Assembly (NCBI GenBank): GCA_963706955.1
Contig: CAVPOC010000003.1
Span: 224,001-288,000 of the forward strand
DNA from: an uncultured Verrucomicrobiae bacterium
Lineage (GTDB): Bacteria; Verrucomicrobiota; Verrucomicrobiia; Chthoniobacterales; Terrimicrobiaceae
DNA: 64,000 bases
Direction: 5' to 3'
Below the pieces are notes generated by a model, which was given only the letters and a program-made list of their open reading frames with translations, was not told the origin of the DNA and did no database searches. Both the position numbers and the translations under genes were made by a program. Positions 51,357 through 60,057 of this stretch are shown one piece after another; positions within the stretch are counted from its first letter, which is position 1; each line of letters opens with the position of its first letter.

Positions 51357-52721
51357 ATGTCGAAAGATTCCGCCCTCAATCAACGCATGGAAAAGATCGT
51401 CAGCCTCTGCAAGCGCCGGGGCTTCATTTTCCAATCCTCTGAAATTTATGGAGGGCTGAATGGCTTTTGGGATTACGGCCCCCTCGGCGTGGAGCTCAAA
51501 CGCAACCTCAAGGATTTCTGGTGGCGCCGAAATGTTCGCGAACGTGAAGATATGGTTGGCATGGATGGGTCGATCATCATGAACCGAGCTGTCTGGAAGG
51601 CTAGTGGACACGAGGATACTTTTAGCGATCCAATGGTGGACTGCCGTTCGTGCAAGTCGCGCCATCGTGCAGACCAATTGCCGCTCAAGGATGGCGTGAA
51701 GTATTGCCCAAATTGCGGGAGTCGGGATCTGACCGAACCGAGGGCATTCAACCTGATGTTCAAAAGCTTCGCCGGCCCACTCGAAAGCGACGAGAATTTG
51801 GTGTATCTGCGGCCGGAGACCGCCCAGGCGATCTTCGTGCAGTTCAAGAACGTCCTGGAAACTTCGCGTCAAAAGCTTCCCTTCGGCATTGCGCAAATTG
51901 GGAAGGCCTTCCGCAACGAAATCAACCCACGCAACTACACGTTTCGCTCTCGCGAATTCGAACAGATGGAGATCGAATATTTCTGTCGTGGGGAGGAAGG
52001 ATTGCGTCTGACCGACTATTGGCTGGAGGAGCGTCTCAGGTTTTATGAGGATATCGGCATCCCCCGCGCAAAGATCCGCGTTCACGATATTCCCGACGAG
52101 GAACGCGCCTTCTATTCGAAGAAGACATACGATCTCGAATACGACTTTCCTTTCGGAGTCAGCGAGCTCGAAGGGATTGCCTACCGCACCGATTACGATC
52201 TCTCCCGGCATATTGAATGCAGTGGCAAGCCGCTCGAATACTTCGACGAGGAGACAAAGCAAAAGTTTGTGCCCCACGTTGTCGAACCGAGCGCGGGCGT
52301 CGACCGAACTGCCCTGGCCCTACTTTGCGAAGCTTACGATGAAGAGGTGGTTCCGGCAGAGAACGGCAAGAGCGAGATGCGGACCGTTCTCCGTTTCCAT
52401 CCAAGAATGGCTCCCGTAAAGTGCGGTATCTTTCCGCTTCTGAAAAACAAACCCGAACTGGTCGCCAAGGCGAGGGAGATCGCCCGCGCATTGCGACCGC
52501 TCATGGCGATCTTCTACGATGAGGCCGGGGCGATCGGGCGGCGCTATCGCCGCCAGGATGAGGCTGGCACACCCTTCGGTGTCACCGTCGACTTCGATAC
52601 CATCGGCGAAAACGGACCGGCAAAGAAAGACACCGTGACTTTGCGCCATCGCGACAGCATGAAGCAGGATCGAGTCGCCATCTCCGACCTCAAAGATCTT
52701 CTGCAGGAAGCGATCGCCTGA
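51357..52721 (+). CDS. glyQS: Glycine--tRNA ligase (homodimeric type)
   Basis: EIYGG...WDYGPLG, LRPETAQ, FRNEI.P, REFEQME, IGRRYRRQDE. Confidence 0.96.
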   Translation: MSKDSALNQRMEKIVSLCKRRGFIFQSSEIYGGLNGFWDYGPLGVELKRNLKDFWWRRNVREREDMVGMDGSIIMNRAVWKASGHEDTFSDPMVDCRSCKSRHRADQLPLKDGVKYCPNCGSRDLTEPRAFNLMFKSFAGPLESDENLVYLRPETAQAIFVQFKNVLETSRQKLPFGIAQIGKAFRNEINPRNYTFRSREFEQMEIEYFCRGEEGLRLTDYWLEERLRFYEDIGIPRAKIRVHDIPDEERAFYSKKTYDLEYDFPFGVSELEGIAYRTDYDLSRHIECSGKPLEYFDEETKQKFVPHVVEPSAGVDRTALALLCEAYDEEVVPAENGKSEMRTVLRFHPRMAPVKCGIFPLLKNKPELVAKAREIARALRPLMAIFYDEAGAIGRRYRRQDEAGTPFGVTVDFDTIGENGPAKKDTVTLRHRDSMKQDRVAISDLKDLLQEAIA

Positions 52722-52831
52722 CGCTTACGCCGTCCTGCTCAAGGTTGTTCTCTCCCGAACCCACACCAAAAAATTCATAAAAAACGCAAGATTTTCGGAT
52801 ACTCCGGGAGGGCAGGCGTGTTCAATGGTGT

Positions 52832-53116
52832 ATGAGAGCACGTTCCTTTGCAATTTTGATGGCGGCGTTCGTGGGCGCTTTCGCCCTGTTCGCGACTCCG
52901 GCTGAGGCTGGCGGAAGGAGATATTACAAGAACTACTACAACGGTGATTGCTACCGTGGCGGGGGCTATCGCGGTGGCCACGGGTATTACAACCGAGGAT
53001 GGAACCGAGGATATGGGTATTATCGCCCGGTGCGGTACTATCGACCCGCCTACTACTTTCCACCCCCGGTCTTTCAGATCGGCTTCTCCTTTGGCGGCGG
53101 CGGCTACTGCCGCTAG
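52832..53116 (+). CDS. Small secreted Gly/Tyr/Arg-rich protein
   Basis: Signal peptide ending AEA, then YRGGGYRGGHGYY... low-complexity sequence. Confidence 0.65.
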   Translation: MRARSFAILMAAFVGAFALFATPAEAGGRRYYKNYYNGDCYRGGGYRGGHGYYNRGWNRGYGYYRPVRYYRPAYYFPPPVFQIGFSFGGGGYCR

Positions 53117-53255
53117 GCCGCACGACAATTCCGTGGGAGGGTTGAAAGCGCCCGAGCGCACGGACTCGGGCGCTTTCTAGGGTCTTGGACTGACCATGCC
53201 GCCCCGCGGGCGCGTCGCGCCAGCGTTGCCTTTGGCCGCCACGTTAAAGGCTCAT

Positions 53256-53347
53256 TGTAGAGACCGTGCCCCAACGGTCGAGGGGCCGTTGTGGCGACCA
53301 TGTCCTCATAGTCGGAGGCCCCTGGCGGCGGGGACGCCGCCGCTACA
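53256..53347. repeat. Cluster of three GTAG/GTGG-type REP palindromes
   Basis: TGTAG-agaccgtg..acggtcg; TGTGG-cgaccatg..catagtcg; ggcggcggggacgccgccg-CTACA; same unit types as 10173-10266. Confidence 0.8.
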
Positions 53348-53429
53348 GTCGAGCGCTGCTGGAAGTTTTCTGCGAGAGCGGATGTAATCGGGCTTTTCAA
53401 GCGAGAGCGCTTCGCGAGAATGCGCGCCC

Positions 53430-54152
53430 GTGCCCTTAAGGAAAAAGTCTAGACTTGTTCGGGCAGCGCAAGTGCTCCTTCTTGCGACTCTCGTCATAAT
53501 GACGATTCCGCCGGTGCAAGTTGCCCTGGCGACCGTTTGGAACCCTCCGTTGGTCCCAATGCAAATCCAAAGGAAACTCGAGGCTTGGCTTACGGGACAG
53601 TCACTTGAGGAAGCTCCAACTAGGTGGGTACCGCTGAAGGAGATCCCCGAGCGGTTCATTCACTTTGTGTGGGCTTCCGAGGATCAGCAATTCTTCCAAC
53701 ACCATGGCTTCGACGTCCGACGCATCCGCGAAGCGATCGAGGAAGCGCAGGATCGAAATGACGAACCGCGCGCGGTGTCGACGATTACCATGCAATGTGC
53801 GCGCACGCTCTTTCTATGGCAGGGGCGATCCTACCTGCGCAAAGCGTTGGAAGCATATTACACCCTCTGGATGGAGCTCCTGATGAGCAAGCAGCGCATC
53901 CTCGAGCTCTATCTCAATCACATTGAGCTTGGTCCTGGAATTTACGGAATCGGTGCCGCGGCGCACAAATACTTCGACACCCCACCGAACCAACTGTCTC
54001 GCAGTCAGATGGTTGCATTAGCCGCAATTCTTCCCAACCCCCTGAAATGGTCGCCGACACACCCGAGTAAAGCGGTGGTTCGCAAGATCCGCCGTGTTGA
54101 GCGTCTTGCATCGCAAGCGCCGTTCCCCAGTGAGCAATTACAGCGTAAATAA
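53430..54152 (+). CDS. mtgA: Monofunctional peptidoglycan transglycosylase
   Basis: ASEDQ.F..HHGFD, STITMQ.AR, RKALE, KQRILELYLN..E. Confidence 0.93.
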   Translation: MPLRKKSRLVRAAQVLLLATLVIMTIPPVQVALATVWNPPLVPMQIQRKLEAWLTGQSLEEAPTRWVPLKEIPERFIHFVWASEDQQFFQHHGFDVRRIREAIEEAQDRNDEPRAVSTITMQCARTLFLWQGRSYLRKALEAYYTLWMELLMSKQRILELYLNHIELGPGIYGIGAAAHKYFDTPPNQLSRSQMVALAAILPNPLKWSPTHPSKAVVRKIRRVERLASQAPFPSEQLQRK

Positions 54153-54196
54153 CCACCCTTGCCACGGTTTCATGTCCCACCTAGTGTCGCCCAGCG

Positions 54197-54880
54197 ATGC
54201 CCGGAGACCTGCGCCTAGATCTGAAGCCGCTCTTTGATTACAATCGGAGCTGGGCGCTCGGGATGCGCGAGAAGCAGCCACGGTTCTTCGAAAATCTCGC
54301 CCAACAACAGATTCCAAAATTCCTGTGGATCGGCTGTTCGGATAGTCGTGTGCCCGCCAATGAGATCGTCGGCCTGCAACCGGGCGAAGTCTTTGTCCAT
54401 CGCAACGTTGCCAACATCATCTCCCTGACCGATTTCAATTGTCTTGCGACGGTGCAATACGCTGTCGATGTCCTCAAGGTGCTCCACATCATTGTTTGCG
54501 GACACTACGGGTGTGGCGGGGTTCAGGCGGCGCTCGGGGGAACTGCCGTTGGGCTCGTCAACAATTGGCTTTGGCCGATTTCCGAAGCCTTTGAAACCTT
54601 CCGTGAGCAGATCGAAACAATTGAAGATCCTGCCGGGCGGGCAGAAAAACTCTGCGAGATAAACGTGATCCTCCAGGTTCGGAACCTATGCCGTTCCGCG
54701 CTGCTTACAGAGACCTGGCGCAATGGCCGCGATTTGGCGGTGCACGGGCTCATCTATGGGCTTCACGATGGAATTCTGCGCGATCTTCAGGCCAACATCG
54801 TCAGTCTGGCAACGGCAGAGGCGGTCTGTCACATCGCGCTCCAACGTATTCTCGAGACGCAAGGTCGCGTGGTCTCTTGA
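54197..54880 (+). CDS. can: Beta-carbonic anhydrase (Can type)
   Basis: WIGCSDSRVP, FVHRNVAN, GHYGCGG. Confidence 0.93.
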   Translation: MPGDLRLDLKPLFDYNRSWALGMREKQPRFFENLAQQQIPKFLWIGCSDSRVPANEIVGLQPGEVFVHRNVANIISLTDFNCLATVQYAVDVLKVLHIIVCGHYGCGGVQAALGGTAVGLVNNWLWPISEAFETFREQIETIEDPAGRAEKLCEINVILQVRNLCRSALLTETWRNGRDLAVHGLIYGLHDGILRDLQANIVSLATAEAVCHIALQRILETQGRVVS

Positions 54881-54886
54881 CGGGCC

Positions 54887-55541
54887 ATGTCGTCGGTCGA
54901 ACTCTCCCTGGAGCCTAAATACACGCGCGGCGAAGAGATCGCGAACACGTTGTCCGCTGCAGCCGGCCTTGTCCTCTTTCTCGGAATCTCCCCTTTTCTC
55001 ATGGCCGCCGCGTCGGGCAGCGAGCGACCTTTGGCGCTCGGCAGCACTGTCGTGTTCCTCGCATCGATGCTTGGATTGTACCTGAGTTCAATGCTCTACC
55101 ATGCGCTGGCGCCTTGCCCGATGAAGCGCATCGTCCGAATCCTCGATCATTCGGCGATCTTTGTTCTGATTGCGGGGACCTACACACCCTTCGCACTTGG
55201 GCCGCTCGCCGCGAGCGGCGGATTCGTCCTCGCGATCATCGAGTGGACGATGGCGGTGTTGGGCATTGCCTTCAAATGGGCGCGGCGGCATTCAATACAG
55301 GCGCTTGTCAAACCTGATCTACTTGTGCATGGGCTGGCTGGGAATTTTGTGGATCCGACCGTTTATCGAGAGTGTTGGTTGGTCCGGATTCTTTTTGGTG
55401 CTTTCGGGGGGAATCGCCTACACTGTCGGGATCACCTTCTACGCCGCGAAACATCGCAGCTACGCGCATCTCGTCTGGCATCTGTTCGTCATCGCAGGCT
55501 CTCTCTGCCATACCATCGCCATCTGGAGGTATGCAATTTAG
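54887..55541 (+). CDS. Hemolysin III / PAQR family membrane protein (split by +1 frameshift near 55279)
   Basis: EEIAN, SMLYH, DHSAIFVLIAGTYTP, then YLCMGW, HLVWHLFV..G..CH in the next frame. Confidence 0.85.
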
Positions 55542-55596
55542 GCGGACGTAGATAATGCTTCCCGCGGGAGCTGAGCAGATTACATTAAAAATCCCT

Positions 55597-56046
55597 ATGG
55601 AAACCTCTCTCCTCCTTTTGAAGCCTGATTGCGTGGCGGGCCGAAAAGTCGGCGACGTGATCAAGCGCTTCGAAGACAACGGATTTCAAATTCGCGGATG
55701 CAAGATGTTCAGCGCATCACCAGAACTCTTGAAGGAACACTATTCCCATCTGCTCGACAAAAGCTTCTTCCCTCAGCTCGAGGCATTCATGCAATCCACT
55801 CCGGTCATCGCGCTCGCACTCACCGGGAAAGACGCCGTCGACCGGGTCCGGACGATCATCGGCCCAACCGACTCGCGAAAGGCGGAAAAGGGAACGGTTC
55901 GCGGTGACCTGGGCATCGATGTGATGGTAAACATTGTCCATGCTTCCGATTCACCCGAAAATGCTGAGATTGAACTCCAGAGGTTTTTCGAGCCCAACGA
56001 GCTTTTTTCGTATGAGATGAATTACAGCACCGAGGTTCGGAAATAG
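55597..56046 (+). CDS. ndk: Nucleoside diphosphate kinase
   Basis: LKPD, GTVRGD, NIVHASDS. Confidence 0.95.
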   Translation: METSLLLLKPDCVAGRKVGDVIKRFEDNGFQIRGCKMFSASPELLKEHYSHLLDKSFFPQLEAFMQSTPVIALALTGKDAVDRVRTIIGPTDSRKAEKGTVRGDLGIDVMVNIVHASDSPENAEIELQRFFEPNELFSYEMNYSTEVRK

Positions 56047-56105
56047 GCTTGGTCTACGCGAGAGTTGTAAATTTCGAATCCATCGAGGGCCTCGGATCGC
56101 GATAC

Positions 56106-56726
56106 TTAATGCGTGACCGTGACCGGTGTTCCTGAAGGTGCGTTCGCGTAGAAGAGTTGCGCCATTCTCAGCGGCATGCGGATACACCCATGAGAATCAG
56201 GAACTCCCGGGAGGTAGCCTGCGTGCATCCCGACGCCACTGTAAATCCTCATGAAGTACGGCATCGGCGCCCCTCGAAAGCGGGTCCCCGGCGGTTTCGG
56301 ATCCTCCACAATGCCGACATTTCGCACGACGACATTGCCGGAGGCGTCCACGTAGTCTCCGTAGAGGTTGGAATGATGATCCCGGTTCTTTTGAAGGATT
56401 TTGAATCTTCCGGTAGGAGTTCGGTATCCCTCGCGTCCGCTTGAAATTGGGGACATGCCGACCACCTGTCCCGATCTGTAGAAATATGCCCTTTGATTAC
56501 CGAGGTCGATGACGATGGAAGGAGCGCCAGCCACCTCATCGCCGCGCCAATACCCCTCCTCCTGAGGTCGCGAAGCCTGCGTCTGCCTGGTCACGACAAC
56601 GCCATCCTCCCCGAGGTAGAGAGTGGCATAGCTATCATTGAGATAGCGAGCCTGCGGCGGCGGGGGCGGAGTGCTCGAACACGCCGCCAACACAGCCGAA
56701 CTGACCAACAGGAAAAATTTTCTCAC
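56106..56726 (-). CDS. L,D-transpeptidase family lipoprotein
   Basis: LAAC lipobox, SPISSG, HAGYLPG.P.SHGCIR. Confidence 0.9.
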   Translation of the reverse strand: MRKFFLLVSSAVLAACSSTPPPPPQARYLNDSYATLYLGEDGVVVTRQTQASRPQEEGYWRGDEVAGAPSIVIDLGNQRAYFYRSGQVVGMSPISSGREGYRTPTGRFKILQKNRDHHSNLYGDYVDASGNVVVRNVGIVEDPKPPGTRFRGAPMPYFMRIYSGVGMHAGYLPGVPDSHGCIRMPLRMAQLFYANAPSGTPVTVTH

Positions 56727-56810
56727 CTCTCTTTTAAGTAGCGCGAACTGTGTCTAGCGAAAAGAGACAAAGTGGCTTGCGGGAGCGCCTACCATAGGAT
56801 CAATTGGCTC

Positions 56811-57326
56811 GTGAAAGAAAAGGTGCAGGAGATGGAGATGGAGGTGCTTCCTCCCGAGTCCAAGGCTCAAAAGGAAGAGTTTTCCCGCATGCTCGCCTAC
56901 ATCCTTGATGACCTTATTCCCATTCCGGGAACAAAGTATCGTATCGGTCTAGATCCCCTCATCGGTCTGATTCCTGGGCTTGGAGATACTTCCACTGCCG
57001 CGTTCTCGTCGTTGATCTTGGTTCACGGCGTTCGCGCAGGAGTTCCTCGGGTCGTCCTGCTGCGGATGGCGCTAAATATCTTGATCAACTCGATCCTCGG
57101 AGCTCTCCCGGGCCTTGGCGATTTGTTTTCTGCGTGGTTCAAGTCCAACCAGCAAAATTATCGCCTCTTGAAGCGTCACTCGGGTGGCGCTCGGGTTTCG
57201 ACAAGTGGAGACTGGATTTTTCTTATCGTGCTGATCACGCTCATCTTAGCCATCGCGGTGACGATCGCACTTGCGGTCGGCTACCTGGCCTTTCGGATGA
57301 CTTCGGTGCTCTTTGGCGGATCGTGA
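56811..57326 (+). CDS. DUF4112 family protein
   Basis: LDD.I.IPGT..RIGLDP.IGLIPG.GD, RM..N, GDLF...FKSN; start uncertain. Confidence 0.85.
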   Translation: MKEKVQEMEMEVLPPESKAQKEEFSRMLAYILDDLIPIPGTKYRIGLDPLIGLIPGLGDTSTAAFSSLILVHGVRAGVPRVVLLRMALNILINSILGALPGLGDLFSAWFKSNQQNYRLLKRHSGGARVSTSGDWIFLIVLITLILAIAVTIALAVGYLAFRMTSVLFGGS

Positions 57327-57946
57327 GCGCGCTGCGCGTGCATCTGCAGGCGCTGGCCAACTGCCGCCGATGCCCGGGCATGCATAAACCTGTTGTCGTT
57401 GGACGCCCTGTGCCGAGCCAGATCCTCCTCATCGGACAGGCTCCGGGCGGTAAAGAACCGGTCCTTGGTCGTCCGTTTGCCTGGACGGCGGGCAGGACGC
57501 TTTTCCGGTGGCTTGAGTCCGCACTCGGGTGGGACGAGGAAACGGTGCGCAGCCAAATTTACTTTGCGGCGGTCTGCCGTTGCTTTCCCGGAAAAGATCC
57601 TCGCGGTGGCGATCGTGTTCCAAGCGATCTGGAGATTCAGCAATGTTCTCACTGGCTGCGGCGGGAGTTTGAGCTTCTCCGACCCGAACTGGTCCTCCCG
57701 GTGGGACGATTGGCGATAGCACAGTTTCTGCCATTTGACTCGCTGGCCGATGTGGTCGGCAAATGTTGGACGGTCAACTTTCATGGAGCGAGACGAGACT
57801 TCATTCCGCTGCCACACCCCTCCGGCGCTTCAACATGGCATCGCACCGAGCCGGGGAGGACTCTTCTTGAGGATTCGCTTCGGCTGATTGCCGGCCATTC
57901 GGCGATACGCCGCCCAGCGAGATGCAAGCTCGGCCGCCCATTGTAG
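57323..57946 (+). CDS. Uracil-DNA glycosylase superfamily protein
   Basis: C.RC, IGQAPG, RPFAWTAG, CRCFPG, LPHPSGAS; GTGA overlap with the upstream gene. Confidence 0.9.
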   Translation: MSALRVHLQALANCRRCPGMHKPVVVGRPVPSQILLIGQAPGGKEPVLGRPFAWTAGRTLFRWLESALGWDEETVRSQIYFAAVCRCFPGKDPRGGDRVPSDLEIQQCSHWLRREFELLRPELVLPVGRLAIAQFLPFDSLADVVGKCWTVNFHGARRDFIPLPHPSGASTWHRTEPGRTLLEDSLRLIAGHSAIRRPARCKLGRPL

Positions 57947-58000
57947 GGTCGGCCGTGACAACCGCCTGACGCCAGGACCTTGGCACAAGGACCCGCTACA
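57942..58000. repeat. Inverted GTAG-type REP doublet
   Basis: TGTAG-ggtcggc...gcctgac and ggaccttg-gca-caaggacccg-CTACA; its TAG is the UDG stop codon. Confidence 0.65.
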
Positions 58001-58106
58001 ACCCTTCAATTGCAGACTCGGATCAAGCAGGGACCATCTCCCGCTCACTTTGGCGATCTTCGCTGAGCAAGCATCAGGGACCAGCCTTTCTCCGGCTCTG
58101 CAGACC

Positions 58107-58454
58107 TCAGAACGCCGCCTGCCATTCAGGAAGCTTGAATCCCACCAGTCGGACACTCTCGCCGATCAAGAACGGACGTTTGACGAGATTTCCATTTTTC
58201 GACAGGAGTCCGAAGACCTCTCGCTCGGACATACCTGGCAATTCTTCGCTTAGCTTGAGCGCCTTGTAGTCCGAGCCTGACGAGTTGAAGAGTTTACGAA
58301 GGTCACCGTAAGCCATGGCCATGGCCTTCAACTCTGATTCGGATGGCGGGGTGTCGCGAATGGAAATCTGATCGAAGGTGACGTTGCGCTCACGCAGGAA
58401 TTTTAAGGCTCGCCGGCAGGTGTCGCATTTCGAGTAGGTATAGATCCTTAGCAT
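58107..58454 (-). CDS. ArsC/Spx family protein (YffB-like)
   Basis: Y..CDTCRRA, LFNSSG..YK, LVKRP. Confidence 0.9.
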   Translation of the reverse strand: MLRIYTYSKCDTCRRALKFLRERNVTFDQISIRDTPPSESELKAMAMAYGDLRKLFNSSGSDYKALKLSEELPGMSEREVFGLLSKNGNLVKRPFLIGESVRLVGFKLPEWQAAF

Positions 58455-58505
58455 TGGCGTGATCTCTGCCGCCGCTGGGCATGACAGAATGCTGTTAGCC
58501 GAGGC

Positions 58506-59204
58506 CTAAGGTTTCCGGATTCGGTCCCGAAGGGCAAGAATCCGCTCACGCTTTCGGTCATATTCGAGAGCGTGAAACAGCCGGATCTCTTCGACGCGTC
58601 TCGAGGCGGCCAGGCTCTCAAGGTAGCGCGTGTAGGATTGCGCCAAATAGGTCGTCTCCGCATAACGCGCGGAAATTGTCTTGTCGCGAAATGAGCGACT
58701 GAGTCGCGATTCAAACATGTGAAAGCGCAGCCAGCGACGATCCGCGCGCGTAATCTTCCCTGGCCTGCGGAAGAACGCCACGAAGAGCAGCAGCACCAGA
58801 TAGGTATCCACCTGTGCCTGCAGCTCCAAGTTGCGGGCATACGCCTCATCGTAGGTCGGCGCCTCGCCTCGTTGAAACTTCAATGCGGCATGCAAAGCAT
58901 GGTTGATTTCTTCGACGAAGGCGATGAGCGCGTTGATATTAGCATCGCTCAACCCGGAACGCGGATCGTGTATCTCGAGCTGTTCGATAAGCCAGACCGA
59001 ATAGTAAATTCCAACACGCAAGCGACCGTCGGCAGCGCGAAGAAAGGTTCGGGCGAGCATGCTCAACTCGGCGGCCTGCGCGCCAGCAAGGGCTGAGAGC
59101 TGGGTGCATCGCCGCCGGTCAATCAGACATTCCTCGAGATTCACCCCGACGCTGGCATAGGTGCGCTCGAGTAAGCGCTGAATTTCACTAAAGAGTGTGC
59201 TCAT
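58506..59204 (-). CDS. Conserved hypothetical protein, possibly zincin-like
   Basis: 232-aa ORF with EEINH..H and LELQAQVD; ATGA-coupled to the upstream gene. Confidence 0.7.
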   Translation of the reverse strand: MSTLFSEIQRLLERTYASVGVNLEECLIDRRRCTQLSALAGAQAAELSMLARTFLRAADGRLRVGIYYSVWLIEQLEIHDPRSGLSDANINALIAFVEEINHALHAALKFQRGEAPTYDEAYARNLELQAQVDTYLVLLLFVAFFRRPGKITRADRRWLRFHMFESRLSRSFRDKTISARYAETTYLAQSYTRYLESLAASRRVEEIRLFHALEYDRKRERILALRDRIRKP

Positions 59205-59896
59205 GTCGCGATGATCAGCGCCGAAGGAGCGTCCAGATGGAGAAGACGGCTCGCCAGATCGTTCAAGGCCAGGCGCACCTCCCTGAAGCCACCAGCCAGT
59301 TCTTCATAGATGGCTTGCAACTTGAAGCGCTTGGCTTCGCGGTACTCCGAAGCCGCCCGATAATTCATCTGGCCAACCGCCTCGTAAAACGAAAGGTCGG
59401 GTGCCCCGCGTTGGCGTGTCCGCATCTCGACGTTGTCCGCAAAGATCCCGCTGATAAAGAGTGCATAGTTCGCCGCGTGCGAACGCAGCAGGAACGCCTC
59501 TCGGGTGCCCGCGTTATTCATCGCGCGCATGATGTCGGAGAGATATTGCATGCTGCGCATGCCCGTTTCGTCCGAAACTTCCATCCGTGCTGTTCTCATG
59601 AATCCTTCGAGCAGCGAGGCCACGAAGTCCGCCGCTTCGCGGCTCTTGACGGGCGTCTCGCGAAGAACCTTGCGGCAAAGGACGTAAAACAACAGCTGGG
59701 GAGAGATCGGAAGACGTTGCGGAGACTCAAGAATGGCTTTGGCGAGCAGTTCATGATCCAGAATCGCATCCCGGGTATCCTCGTCAACGAGTAGCTTCAC
59801 CAGCGAAACGTGGTCAGTTTCGCTTCTCGACAGGACTTTGACGACGAACGTGAAGTCGTCGGCCGTCAGCCGTATCCGACAATTCGCATGGATCAT
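59201..59896 (-). CDS. Conserved hypothetical protein
   Basis: 231-aa helical ORF with ANYALFISGIF.D and FYEAVG..NY..A. Confidence 0.75.
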   Translation of the reverse strand: MIHANCRIRLTADDFTFVVKVLSRSETDHVSLVKLLVDEDTRDAILDHELLAKAILESPQRLPISPQLLFYVLCRKVLRETPVKSREAADFVASLLEGFMRTARMEVSDETGMRSMQYLSDIMRAMNNAGTREAFLLRSHAANYALFISGIFADNVEMRTRQRGAPDLSFYEAVGQMNYRAASEYREAKRFKLQAIYEELAGGFREVRLALNDLASRLLHLDAPSALIIAT

Positions 59897-59911
59897 CGGG
59901 ACTTATCGTTG

Positions 59912-59927
59912 AGCATTACACGTGCCA
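59912..59927 (-). promoter_or_regulatory. Putative sigma54 (-24/-12) promoter
   Basis: Minus strand TGGCACGTGTAATGCT with GG-N10-GC spacing, 15 nt upstream of ATG 59896. Confidence 0.65.
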
Positions 59928-60057
59928 ACATTCTTTGGGGGGTTCTTGGCAGGACAACGGCCATCATACTCTCTCCTTGAATTTTACTCAAGGTTCTTCG
60001 TCACCTCGTGCTGTTCCGGATGCCCGGTCGACGATGCCGGGGTCCGATGCCAGCAAG

